Below, piece after piece: positions 12,233 to 23,470 of a stretch of 64,000 nucleotides of DNA. This stretch comes from Leucoraja erinacea (taxonomy: Eukaryota), in assembly GCF_028641065.1 (NCBI RefSeq), contig NC_073377.1, positions 160,642,001 through 160,706,000 of the forward strand, read 5' to 3'. The stretch's first letter is position 1. Every line of letters starts with the position of its first letter. The notes under the pieces are model-generated. The model did no database searches, was not told the DNA's origin, and worked only from the letters and a program-made list of their open reading frames with translations. Position numbers and translations under genes: made by a program.

Positions 12233-12829
12233 CAGGGACCTCCCTTCAAAGTACAGCACAGATCAGACCCCAATGGATCATTTGCTGCACTGCAATTCTT
12301 GAGCCTGTTTGAACACAGAGTTCACCTCAGAGATCTGTCGACCCGATACATTTTGGACTTCAAATGCCATCCATTGATCTGGTAAGATGAACGATAAGCA
12401 TTACTGGCTGTAACTGAAGCAGAACACCAAGTTTTTTCAAGTTGTGACACCTTTATTAATTTCTCCCTCTTCGTCTTCAAACCATAAGTTTGAAGAATCG
12501 ATTAGTACTGGTCTTAATCAGTTTCCAAAAGTACATTCCGTAATCAAAGATGGGTTTCATAGTTTTCCAATTCATGCAATCCCTCATTATAATAAGCAGA
12601 GTGATGCATTGGAATCTGTACCATTTCATCTCTAACAGCACAATAACAAAGGACTTAGTGCTCCAGAATCACATCTTTAAAAAAGACCAAAATCCACACA
12701 ATATAAGGAATCCTGTGGTCAAATGATCCAACAAAAGGAATTGTTTATGATGAAGCACTGCCATCTAAAACTCTCTGGATTAAAGATCTGTGCTGTAGGG
12801 CACACTCAAGCAAGATGCAACTTGTATAG

Positions 12830-14197
12830 ATGGTGAACACAAGAAAAGCTGCAGGCCCCGATGGCATCTCGGGGCGAGTACTCAAGTCCTGTGCTACGCA
12901 GCTAGCTCCAGTGCTCACTACATTATTCAACCTCTCCCTGGACAAGTCCGTGGTCCCTGCCTGCTTCAAAAAATCCATCATTGTACCGGTACCAAAAAAT
13001 GCCTCCCCAGCCTGCCTGAATGACTACCGTCCGGTGGCCCTTACCTCGGTAGTCATGAAATGCTTTGAGAGGCTGGTGAAGAATCACATCTGCGCCTTCC
13101 TCCCTCGGAACATGGACCCGTTGCAGTTTGCATACCGTCCGAACAGGTCCACGGACGATGCGGTCTCCCAGGTCTTGCACACCGCTCTCTCCCATCTGGA
13201 CAGCCAGAAGGGGGGCTACGTGAGATTGCTGTTCATAGACTACAGTTCAGCCTTCAACACGATAGTCCCCACCAGACTGGCCGGGAAGCTACTGGAATTG
13301 GGGCTCAACACCTCCCTGTGTGCCTGGGTCCTGGACTTTCTCACCGCCAGGCGCCAGGTAGTCAAGATGGGAGGGAATACATCGAAGTCCCTCACCCTGA
13401 GCACAGGATCGCCCCAGGGTTGCGTCCTCAGCCCCCTATTGTACTCCCTGTACACACATGACTGTGTGGCTAGGTTCAGCTCCAATTCAATAATTAAGTT
13501 TGCTGATGACACTGTGGTGGTGGGCCTGATCTCAGACAATGATGAGAGGGCCTACCGGGAGGAGGTGGCTGATCTAGCACTCTGGTGCCAGGAGAACAGC
13601 CTCCTCTTGAACATCAAAAAAACGAAGGAGCTGATCATGGACTTTAGGAGGGCACATCATCCGAGGACGTACACTCCATTGAGTATAAATGGGGATCCTG
13701 TGGATAGGGTGAACTGTTTTAAATATCTGGGAGTCCACATCTCTGAGGATTTGACATGGTCATCACACGCCTCAGCACTGGTGAGTAAGGCAAGGCAGCG
13801 CCTTTACCACCTCAGGCAATTGAGGAAATTCAGAGTGTCTCCGAGGATCCTCCAGTGCTTCTACGCAGCGGCGGTGGAAAGCATCTTGTCCGGGAACATT
13901 ACCATCTGGTTCGGGAATTGCTCTGCCAAGGACAAGAAGGCTCTGCAGAGAGTAGTGCGTTCGGCCGAACGCACTATGGGAACTTCACTCACCCCCCTGC
14001 AGGAACTATACAACAGGAGGTGCAACTCCAGAGCAAACAAAATCATGAGAGACCTCTTCCACCCCTGCAACGGACTGTTCCAGCCGCTACAGTCAGGCAA
14101 ACGCCTCCGTTGCCATGCAGTGAGAACGGAGAGGTTGAGAAGGAGTTTCTTCCCAGAGGCAATTCGGACTGTAAACGCCTTTCTCACCAGGGACTAA
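12830..14197 (+). CDS. Reverse transcriptase ORF of a 5'-truncated Rex1/Babar non-LTR retrotransposon (uninterrupted, 455 aa)
   Basis: Motifs [56 protein letters not shown] and FKYLG; no stops; APE domain absent. Confidence 0.92.
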   Translation: MVNTRKAAGPDGISGRVLKSCATQLAPVLTTLFNLSLDKSVVPACFKKSIIVPVPKNASPACLNDYRPVALTSVVMKCFERLVKNHICAFLPRNMDPLQFAYRPNRSTDDAVSQVLHTALSHLDSQKGGYVRLLFIDYSSAFNTIVPTRLAGKLLELGLNTSLCAWVLDFLTARRQVVKMGGNTSKSLTLSTGSPQGCVLSPLLYSLYTHDCVARFSSNSIIKFADDTVVVGLISDNDERAYREEVADLALWCQENSLLLNIKKTKELIMDFRRAHHPRTYTPLSINGDPVDRVNCFKYLGVHISEDLTWSSHASALVSKARQRLYHLRQLRKFRVSPRILQCFYAAAVESILSGNITIWFGNCSAKDKKALQRVVRSAERTMGTSLTPLQELYNRRCNSRANKIMRDLFHPCNGLFQPLQSGKRLRCHAVRTERLRRSFFPEAIRTVNAFLTRD

Positions 14198-14364
14198 CTG
14201 TACAGAACGTTTTTCCTTCTATTATTTATTATGTAAAATAATATGCGTGTTATGATTGTGTTTATAATTTGTTTGGTTGTTTTGTTGTTCCGCGAGCATT
14301 GCCACTTTCATTTCACTGCACATCTCGTATGTGTATGTGACAAATAAACTTGACTTGACTTGAC
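12830..14364 (+). mobile_element. Young Rex1/Babar LINE copy with 3' UTR and (TTGAC)n tail
   Basis: The ORF is followed by tttcactgcaca...tgtgacaaataaa and acttgacttgacttgac. Confidence 0.9.
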
Positions 14365-15484
14365 AAAAGGCTGCTGTGTAATGCACCTTTCAAACCCATT
14401 TTGGTGTGTGAGATCTGAACCTGCATGTTGACATCTGAATACTCAATGTGTGGTGGTAATGACTAACATATGATATAATTGATAATAAATGTTAAACTCT
14501 CAATTACCTACAAGCATCTTTTACCATTTTTAATTATGTATTAATTTTATAAAATATAAATTCCTATTAAAACAATATTCCAAGTCACAATAAGAAAATT
14601 GACCTGAAAGGCTTCAAGTCCAAGGAATTATTATATAACTAATTCAAAAGTATATATACTGCAATTATCAATGTAGCCTGCAAAATGACACGATAAAAAA
14701 ACAACGCTTGCTAATATTCACTATTCCAAACACTATTCACCGGAATGAGCACCAAGTGGAGCGATTAGATGATTGTTTGTGAAGTTTAGATAATTAACTT
14801 CAAGGTAATCTTTCAAAATTAACTTCAAGCAAAGAATTAAAAAAACAGCAGGGAACTAAAAACGATTTGGTACCAAAAGCTGCGAGGTGCAGAATATTGG
14901 AAACCTAACTTTGCTTCAGTACTTGGGAAAAATAAACAGATCTCCTCACCATTTTAACTGGAGGTAGAAGGGAATATTATACATTAGCAGAGATGAATGA
15001 ACACGGTTAAACTATCGGATCTCCATCCAGGCATCCGTGACTTTTCTAACGGTAATGAGAGCCTATGAATGTTTGACTTCAAACACCATCAATTGATCTG
15101 ATAATCTAAACTTGCCAAATGTTCGCGTAGATCAACTTCTAATGGGATGACTGAGACACCTACCTGGCGAATGAATGAGGTTAAGGACATAATTACGGTC
15201 TTCATCGTCTACTTTCCACTCCAACACACCTAGAGGTGGTCTCCTTTTCCTCGCCGGTCCCAACGAGCAGCACAATGTGCGTGAGGGATGAAGGAACTTA
15301 CCCGTGTGGCGGGGAGAATGAATGAGGACGCTCTCCGACTCCAGATGAAGTGCACAGTTCACCACGGCTCGACACCGCCTCCAGCTCCTGCCGCCGCCGC
15401 CCCGACGTCTCCTGGCCACCCCCCGCCCCCCCACCAGCAGGCCGGGGGTGGGGTGGGGTGGGGTGGACCGTGGGCCCCGCTCAC

Positions 15485-15800
15485 TTTCAGTACTTCAGTC
15501 AGGGGATAGCAAGCGGGCGGACTCGTTGTGCCAAGTCCCACGGGCTGTCCTCGCTCCTCCAACATCAGGGGCGACCCCGGTCCCCTACTGTGAGAGGGGA
15601 GCCGGAGCCAGGCCCACTCCACACTCCACTCCGGCAGCTTCTTTTGTGGCTCAGATCCTCAAGCAGCTGCTCGCTGCCGGCCTCGCAGCCGAGCGCCGAG
15701 CCCGGTGCAGCCTGCAAACTTTCCCCACTCCTCGCCTCGCCTTGCCAACCTTGCTCGCTCTCGCATCGCGCCGCCGCCGCCCCCTCCTCCCCCCCCCCCT
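15485..15800 (-). other. Probable first exon of an unidentified minus-strand gene; possible coding part 15565-15485 (MLEERGQPVGLGTTSPPACYPLTEVLK, phase 0)
   Basis: Donor AAA|GTGAGC at 15484. An ATG at 15565 is open to the donor but has a weak Kozak context. Further donors at 15301, 15163 and 14949. The start coordinate is approximate. Confidence 0.5.
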
Positions 15801-15974
15801 CTGCCTGATGGCCGCTCGGCCGCCGTGTGTGTGTGTGTGGGGGGGGAGGGGGGCGGCTCCCTGCGCGCTCAGCCTCGCGCCGTGTCTACGGCCGTCCCGG
15901 CGCACGAGCGCTTCTGGCCGTTGGTTCCCACTGGAGTTGGAACTTGGGGGCGAGGAAGTGAAGCGGGGAATGGA

Positions 15975-16850
15975 GCGGGTGAGGAGGGGCGGGGCTGGGA
16001 GGGTGAGGAGGGGCGGGGCTGGGAGGACAGGGCGGGGCTGGAAGGGAGGGGCGGGGCTGGAGAGGAGGGGCGGGGCTGGGAGGACAGGGTGGGGCTGGGA
16101 GGACAGGGTGGGGCTGGGAGGGTGAGGGGCGGGGCTGGGGGGGGGAGGGAGGGGCGGGGCTGGGAGGGTGAGGAGGGGCGGGGCTGGCAGGACAGGGGCG
16201 GGGCTGGAAGGGTGAGGAGGGGCGGGGCTGGGAGGGTGAGGGGCGGGGCTGGGAGGGTGAGGGTGGGGCTGGGAGGACAGGGTGGGGGGGGGGGAGGGAG
16301 GGGAGGGGGCTGGGAGGGTGAGGGAGGGGCGGGGCTGGGAGGGTGAGGAGGGGCGGGGCTGGGAGGGTGAGGAGGGGCGGGGCTGGGAGGGTGAGGAGGG
16401 GCGGGGCTGGGAGGGTGAGGAGGGGCGGGGCTGGGAGGGTGAGGAGGGGGCGGGACTGGGAGGGTGAGGAGGGGCGGGGCTGGGAGGGTGAGGAGGGGCG
16501 GGGCTGGGAGGGTGAGGAGGGGCGGGGCTGGGAGAGTGAGGGGGGCGGGGCTGGGAGGTGAGGGAGGGGGGGGCGGGGCTGGGAGGGTGAGGAGGGGCGG
16601 GGCTGGGAGGGTGAGGAGGGGCGGGGGCTGGGAGGGTGAGGAGGGGCGGGGCTGGGAGGGTGAGGAGGGGCGGGGCTGGGAGGGTGAGGAGGGGCGGGGC
16701 TGGCAGGACGGGGCGGGGCGGGAATGGTGGAGGGGCGGGGCTGGCAGGACGGGGCGGGGCTGGAATGGTGAGGAGGGGGGGCTGGGAGGGTGAGGAGGGG
16801 CGGGGCTGGGAGAGTGAGGAGGGGCGGGGCTGGCAGAACAGGGCGGGGGG
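15975..16850 (+). repeat. G-rich minisatellite, unit about 24 bp (GGGGCGGGGCTGGGAGGGTGAGGA)
   Basis: Roughly 35-40 imperfect tandem copies, most containing an Sp1/KLF GC box. Confidence 0.95.
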
Positions 16851-17008
16851 CGAGGGGATGGAGGCGGGGCTCGGGGTGGGACAGGGCGGAGCGGCAGCCC
16901 CACGCGCACGCGCACACGCGGCGCTGGGCAATGACATCAGCCCCACTGATCGGAGGAACAGCAACAACAACAACAACCACCGCCGCCGCTATCATCATCA
17001 TCATCATC

Positions 17009-17050
17009 ATGGCGACGCTCACACGCCGCCACTCGGGGGGAAAGGCAACA
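17009..17050 (+). CDS. Candidate first coding exon or uORF (MATLTRRHSGGKAT, phase 0) of an unidentified plus-strand transcript
   Basis: atcATGG strong Kozak context, 14 codons, then ACA|GTAAGT at the island edge. No downstream coding exon recognised. Confidence 0.45.
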
Positions 17051-17327
17051 GTAAGTCGAGGATAGAAGGCACAAGGGATTGCCGGGATATCGGTTCACAA
17101 AAAAAGATATATATAATAAAATCCTTTCAAAGTAATGGCGTAACTCACCATCTCTGGAGGAGGTTTCGGGCCCGGGGACCCTTGCTAAGCGTAGGGAGGA
17201 ACTACTGCTGATGTTGGTTTACACCGAAGAAGTGGCGGAGTAACTCAGCGGGTCGGGCAGCATCTGTGGAGAAGGTGTCTCGAGAAGTGTTGGATGCAAA
17301 GGTTGGTCGGGAGAAAGGAAAGGACCT

Positions 17328-17420
17328 ACTTGTTGCCACCTGGGGGGAGGGGGAGTAAGAGCAGTACTGTGGGACTTGTTCCACCTGGGGGGAGGGGGAG
17401 TAAGAGCACACTGTGGGACA
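17328..17420 (+). repeat. Two-copy direct repeat of about 46 bp
   Basis: acttgtt(g)ccacctggggggagggggagtaagagca(gt/c)actgtgggac, twice. Confidence 0.85.
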
Positions 17421-18299
17421 CTGAGACAACATGGGCGAGAGATCCATTCATAACAGCGAAAACTAATGGAAATCATTTACAGCTGTGGAGAAGGATATTT
17501 TTTTTGGAAGTTTGAACAAATGAGGCAACTTGGGTAGAACTGAAGAGTAAAAATATGGTAATTATTTTGCTGGGAGTGTCCAGAGGAACCTAAATACTTA
17601 GGTATTCAGAAAAAAAATTGAATGCAAATTGCTATGAAATGCATGCAGAAAAAGAATATTATAATAAATTATTTAATATCCATTCCATTACCAGATGGCA
17701 TGCATGAGACACAGGCTTTGTTTTCACCATGCAGTACCAAAATCCAAAGACAGAAATACTATAGCCTTCATTGCTCCACCATCTGCTCCACCATGCTTCA
17801 CCACCACTCTGCTGACTCCCTACTGTCTGTTCACTGATCCATATGTTTGGTGCTCCTTTCCTCCTCACCAAGCCTGTGCCCACTTGCATTATGCTCCACT
17901 GTTTTACGGTGAGGGACGTGTGCCAGCAGCCCTAAACCCTAATGTCATACATTGACAGACCCATGCACATCAGTATTGTATCTTTTTTTGAATGACAGAG
18001 CTATGACTACAAGTAGTGTACACTTGTCTCTCGATCTGAAACCAGAGTATTAAACCAAGTCCAACATAAGCACTTGGACATCTCATCTCTCTGACCGCAG
18101 TTATCAACCCAGTCTGGTCTAGGTGGGGCTTAAGATCACATCAGTTCGGCCCTGGAGACCTGTGCCCAATGTTGGATAAGTCCCAGTGATCCATGACTAT
18201 TCACTTGAGCTTTAAGAAACTGAGACCAGGCAGGCAACAAAAGGAGTTGATTCCTACCTTCAGCCACAACTCTCCCCCTAGTCACCCGGTGAGGTCACA

Positions 18300-19310
18300 G
18301 GTTGCACCTTTTAAGGATTTGGAGGATATATTCAACCACTGTAGGCAAGTCCAGGCAGCAAGCATGGTGAACAGTCAGATGAGACAGAAGCAGGTTTGCA
18401 AGTGTGAGCTGGATAAACTTATCTTGCAAGTCAGATGTGGATTGTTGGCTGTCGGTAACCTAAAATTAACGGAGACATTCACAGTATAAAGTGCATTAAA
18501 ATATGCATAAAATAGTTCAAGAATGATGTTAATTAATATGTGGCAAGACCAACAGTGGGAGGACCATGATGGAAGGAGCAATCATAATCCAGTGAGATTT
18601 AACTGTTAGATGAGGAGAAAGGTAGACCAGGAGTAAAAATTCTACATTAAAAAATAGCTAATTTCAGTGGGCTGAGATCTGACATGGCTGAAGTGGAGAG
18701 GAATGGAAAAACTGCCATGGCGTTGATTTCATAAAGTCAAAAGGGGTAGTTAGAGCAAGTCAACTTAAAAACGGGCATGTTTTTGGAAACAAATGTAAAG
18801 GATGGAGCAAGTCAGCATTTAGAGAGACGAGTTATTCAAAGACAGCCAGCATGGATTTCTTAAGGAAGGTCATGTCTGTCTAAGTTAATTTAATTTGGGG
18901 GGAATTATCAAGGAGTGTCAATGTGTAACATAGATTTTTGCAGTTGTTTGACAAATCCCATGTTGTAGAATAGTAGGGGAAGTTAAAATGCATTTCTGTT
19001 CAATGCCAGTGGCAAATTGGATAAAAAATTGACTTGGCAAGAGAAAGATAATGATTTATGCTGGCAGAAGCTTAGGTAATTGAAGAGCTACAGGCAGACC
19101 AGGAGTAAATGTTCTAATTTAGGAAAAGGCAATTTCACTAAGCTGAGACCTGATTTAACAAAAATGGAGAGGGGATTGCGATTTGAGGACTGGGCGGTTG
19201 TTGGTGTAATGTGGGTTTTCAAGAGGGAAAAGGTAGATTGATACAAGGGGATAGCAGTCGATGTATTAAAATTGTCTCAGTGGGGAAAATCTAAGGGTAA
19301 TAGCCAACAG
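18300..19310 (+). mobile_element. Ancient CR1 fragments
   Basis: gacagccagcatggattt (DSQHGF) and gaccatgat...cataat APE-end remnants; segments at about 18620 and 19095 are diverged paralogues. Confidence 0.55.
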
Positions 19311-19340
19311 GAGTTTTGGTGACGTGTTACATTTACTTTT

Positions 19341-20283
19341 TTCAATTCAATTCAATTCAACTTTAATGTCATCGCACAAATACAAGTATCAGTACAACGA
19401 AATGCAGTTTTGCGTCAGACCGTAGTAGTTGTACATAAAGAGAAAAAACAAGAAAAAAAATAGAAAGAGAGAAGATACAGAATAATCAGGAAATACAGAA
19501 TGATTAAACAAAGGGGGACGGAGGGACCAGAGAAGTCTATCGTCGGGACTCCGAGTTCAGCAGTGTGATTGTGTTGTTATAGAAGCTTTTCCTCATCCTG
19601 CTGGTACGTGACCTGAGGCTCCTGTACCGCCTCCCTGATGGGAGGAGGGCAAACAGTCCATGGTTGGGGTGTGAGGGGTCTTTGATGATCTTCCCAGCCC
19701 GTCTCAGTCGGCAGGGAGCGGGGCACCGATGTTTTCACCACCCGTTGTAGTGCTTTCCTGTGGCAGTGCAGCTGCTGTACCATACCGTGAAGCAGGTGGT
19801 CAGGATACTCTCTTGTACAGCGGTAAAAGTTGGTCAGGATCTGGGGGGACAGGTGGGCTTTCTTGAGCCTCCTAAGGAAGTGCGCTGCTGTGCCTTTTGA
19901 TCAGGGGGAGGTGTTGAGGGACCAGGACAAGTCCTCCGAGATATGCACTTTATAGCTGGAGACACGCTCCACCTCAGTCCCGTTGATATGGATGGCGGTA
20001 TGACTGCCTCCTCTGGTCTGCCTGAAGTCGACAATAATCTCCTTCGTCTTTTTGGAGTTGAGGATGAGGTTATTGTCGGCACACCAGGTGGTCAGGTGCT
20101 GGATCTCATCCCTGTAGGCTGACTCATCGTTGTCGCTGATCAGTCCTACTACCGTGGTATCGTCAGCAAACTTAATAATGGCGTTGGATCCGTACTTTGG
20201 GATGCAGTCGTGGGTGAAGAGGGAGTAGAGGAGAGGGCTGAGCACACAGCCCTGTGGCACTCCGGTGTTCAGTGTTATAGTGG
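19341..20283 (-). mobile_element. Rex1/Babar LINE, 5'-truncated and frameshifted
   Basis: [18 protein letters not shown]...KFADDT on the minus strand; (TTGAA)n tail at 19341-19360. Confidence 0.88.
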
Positions 20284-20411
20284 CATTCTTCTTATTCTAG
20301 TTATTCTTAGGCATCTGAGAATTTTCAGCATATCCATGAGGATTCTCTCTAACATCTAGGATGAACTACAGAAAATATTCTGACAGGCTGCATCTCAGCC
20401 TGATATGGTTG

Positions 20412-21186
20412 GTTGGTTGGAGGCGCTGCGAGTCGGCTGCCCTGCATGGCGTGTTCGCTATTTTGACTTTTTTTGTTTTGTTTAGTATGTCCAAATGTTT
20501 GTTTTAATGTCTTATGTAGGGGGGAGGTGGGGAAGAAAAGCTTCTCCGCCTCCCTCGCGGCCTAACAGCTTGGATTGGAACCGCCTTTCCCGGAGTCGGG
20601 CCCAGAGCTTCAGCAGCGGGCGCAGCGTGGACTTTTCCATTGCAGAGCGGGCAAACCCTAGCCGGGGATCACCAAAAAGGATTTCTCCGATCACTGACCA
20701 GGCGACTTTGGCATCATGGGGCTGTGGTCTGTGGAGCTTCTAGCCGCGGGCGTGGCGTGGACTTACCATCCGGAGTCTGGGATCCCTAGCCAGAGATCGC
20801 CGGAGAAGAGCTTCGACTGCCGCCCTGCGGCCTATAACATCCTGAAGCCGGTAAGAAAGTGGCCAATTCGGGCACTCCAAGCCGCGGAGTGTGTTCGACC
20901 CTCCCAACGTCGGAGTTTCGATCATCCCGACGAGAGGGCTTGTACATCGGGGCATCCGTAGCGCGACTACGGAGGGTTCTTGGCCCCGACCACGGATGAA
21001 CAAAGGAGGAGGACTGACTGAACTTTGTTGCCTTCCACCACAGTGAAGAATGCTGTGGTGGATGTTTATGTTAAAATCTATTGTGTTTTGTGTGTTCTTT
21101 TATCAACTGTATCGCTGCATGGCAAATTCATTTCACTGTACCTTAGTTGGTGCATGTGATGAATAAATTTGACTTTGACTGACTTT
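20412..21186 (+). mobile_element. GC-rich non-autonomous retroposon with Rex1-type 3' tail, inserted in an old Rex1 fragment
   Basis: Family core gccttccaccacagtg...ctgtggtggatgtttatg and a (tttgac)n tail; the host Rex1 resumes at about 21187. Confidence 0.7.
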
Positions 21187-21769
21187 GGGACCCGCTCTAC
21201 TTTTGATCACCTGAATCTGCAGAAAATGGTGGTCATTGCCCAGTCCATCATTGGCTCATCACTTTTTTCCTTTGAGTGCATTTTGATGGTGTGTTCCATC
21301 ATGCAGATTGGTTGTATAGTCAGGGATGTCTGCCACACTGGCTAACCCCTTTTCTACCTTCTGGAAGAATATGCAGCAACTTGAAAGTCTGGGTGTCCAA
21401 GCTATTCCCCCCCTGCCATCAGACTCCTGAAACAATCGCCTCTTTCACACTGCATTCACAGAGGTGCTGTCATGTTTGCTTACTCTTAACTCTACCACAT
21501 TCAGTTATTCTGTTATAGCACTAATTCAATTGCACCACAATCTTTGTACCATTCCTCTGTTTTGCATACGTCGTATTCATAGTTGTATTTATCATTAGCG
21601 TGCATATTGTTTACTTTTTGAGCTTCTTGCGAAAAAGGATTTTCATTGTATGCTGGTGCATATGACAGTAAACTAAACTGAATCTGAATCTAAAGCATCC
21701 GGATGATCACTTGAAGAATTATAATCTTCAGAACTATGGACGAATAACTGAGAAATTCTTAGTTTAGAG

Positions 21770-21948
21770 ATACAGCGGGGAAACGGGCCCTTTGGAGGAA
21801 ACCGAAGATCTCGGAGAAAAATCACACGATCACAGGGAGAACGTACAAACTCCGTACAGACTGCACCCATGGTCGGGATCGAACCCGGGTCTCTGGTGCT
21901 GCAAGTGCTGTAAGGCAGCAACTCTACCGCTGCGCCATCATGCCACCC
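21770..21948 (-). mobile_element. tRNA-derived HE1/V-SINE-like SINE
   Basis: Minus strand has A box TGGCGCAGCGGTAGAG, B box GGTTCGATCCC and core gagtttgtacgttctcc. Confidence 0.85.
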
Positions 21949-22186
21949 CAATGTGATTAATTAAATGTGATTAATTTAGTTCACTTTTGCCCAGCAGGGA
22001 CCAAAAAGGCCTATTGGTCTTTATAATAGTCTTGTTCTATAAATTACAAAACTGACCAAGGGACTTAATAATCCAAATACGTGCTAATATTCAGTGGGAA
22101 AATAAAGAGGAAGTTTCATGCAAAACGACCTGGATTGCAAAGATGTTTTTTTCCCTTTTCTTGCTAGTTTCCTCCCTTTTCCTAAG

Positions 22187-22270
22187 TATATAGAGTGCTA
22201 CATGAACATGAATTCTTGATCTCGGGCTTATTGCCCAATACTACATCACCAAGAGGATATTGTTCAAAGG
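22187..22270 (+). other. Candidate spliced exon (84 nt)
   Basis: Long polypyrimidine tract ending cctaag| and donor AAG|GTGAGC. One frame is open, but it is not in phase with the 17009 exon. Confidence 0.35.
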
Positions 22271-22733
22271 TGAGCCTTGGCATTGTATATTAGCAGGCTG
22301 TTCAAACATCAGGATATCACAGCTGAGTCCTGCCTTTGTTAACCTCAGCCAACATCCGCATTTGCCCATCCAATTGTGGTTACTGTATAATAATCAGGAA
22401 TGGGAACTTGGCTTCATTAACTCACTGATAATTATTGTCATGTAGTCGCATTGGCTGAAAAGAACAATGAATCTGGGATTATGGCCAAAAATATTAGCTA
22501 CTGTCTGAATAAATTCATTGCAATGTCAAGGAAACCGTTTATTCTATATTGCTGTTTTCACACCAGGAAAGAGATTTTGGATGTTTCACCCATTCATTGA
22601 GTAAACTGAATAGTATTAAAGCATTCAAATGGATACTAAGAATTTCTGGCACAGCAATGATGTTTTACTGGTAGGACCCAAGCAGCAGTACTATTTTGTT
22701 TAGGTTTATGAAAACATGATTCTCACAAAGAAT

Positions 22734-22915
22734 GATACAGAATGCTGGAGTAACTCTGCAGATCAGGCAGCATCTCTGGAGAATATGGATAGGTAACATT
22801 TCTGGTCAGGACACAAAATGTCACCTATTTATTTTATCCAGTGATGCTGCCTTACCCACTGAATTACTCCACAACTCCAGTCTTTGGTAAACCAATCCCA
22901 ATTCCTTGTCTCCAA
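22734..22915. mobile_element. Inverted pair of Penelope 3' ends (decayed)
   Basis: gctggagtaactc...ggcagcatc...ataggtaacattt followed by aaatgtcacctat...gatgctgcc...ttactcca. Confidence 0.7.
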
Positions 22916-23032
22916 CACGTACAAAGCTTTGATTTGAGACTATTCCTTTAGGGAAGAATAGATTAATTCAAAGCAAACACATGTAAAACTCCAATCAATA
23001 ATTAATTTAATTCAGGTCAATGTCACAAATTG

Positions 23033-23470
23033 GTATCGAGGTGAGACCAAGCGGAGGCGTGGCGATCGTTTTGCCGAACACCTCCGCTCGGTCCGCATTA
23101 ACCACCCTGACCTCCCGGTGGCTCAGCACTTCAACTCCCCCTCCCATTCCGTATCCAACCTCTCTGTCCTGGGCCTCCTCCATGGCCAGAGTGAGCACCA
23201 CCGGAAATTGGAGGAACAGCACATCATATTCCGCTTGGGGAGTCTGCATCCAGGGTGGCATGAACATTGAATTCACCCAATTCTGTTCGCCCTTGCTGCC
23301 TCCTCCCCTTCCCATCTCCCCTCGGGCACCTCCTCCTTTTTCCTTTCTTCTCCCCGCCGCCACCCCCCATCAGTCTGAAGAAGTGTTTCGGCCCGAAACG
23401 TTGCCTATTTCCTTCGCTCCATAGATGCTGCTGCACCTGCTGAGTTTCTCCAGCTTTTTTGTGTACCTTC
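23033..23470 (+). mobile_element. Penelope-like element: GIY-YIG endonuclease C-terminus plus 3' region with hammerhead motif
   Basis: Translates GETKRR.GDRFAEHLRSVRINHPDLPVAQHFNSPSHS...EEQHIIFRLGSLHP, then after a frameshift GMNIEF. Confidence 0.85.
23371..23406 (+). ncRNA. Minimal hammerhead ribozyme-like motif
   Basis: CTGAAGA (CUGANGA core, 23375-23381), imperfect stem II agtgtt-tc-ggccc, GAAA (23395-23398), then cgtt. Activity not demonstrated. Confidence 0.55.

Larger units (their letters stand above)
15230..17080. promoter_or_regulatory. CpG island, probable bidirectional promoter
   Basis: Very high GC and CpG density relative to AT-rich flanks, many GGGGCGGGGC boxes, and splice donors pointing outward on both strands. 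Confidence 0.8.

Noticed and set aside
12830-14197. RT ORF as a retron, DGR, group II intron or domesticated gene
   Set aside because: The motifs and the 3' UTR/tail are those of Rex1/Babar LINEs, many decayed paralogues occur in the window, and the ATG sits at the truncation junction.
15651-17211. Long Pro/Gly/Arg-rich ORFs of up to 441 aa, including a poly-His stretch
   Set aside because: They are open in nearly all frames because the 24-bp G-rich minisatellite and (ATC)n lack stops; no domain is recognisable.
21860-21948. tRNA gene
   Set aside because: A and B boxes are present, but the sequence continues into a SINE core and tail and no proper cloverleaf is evident.
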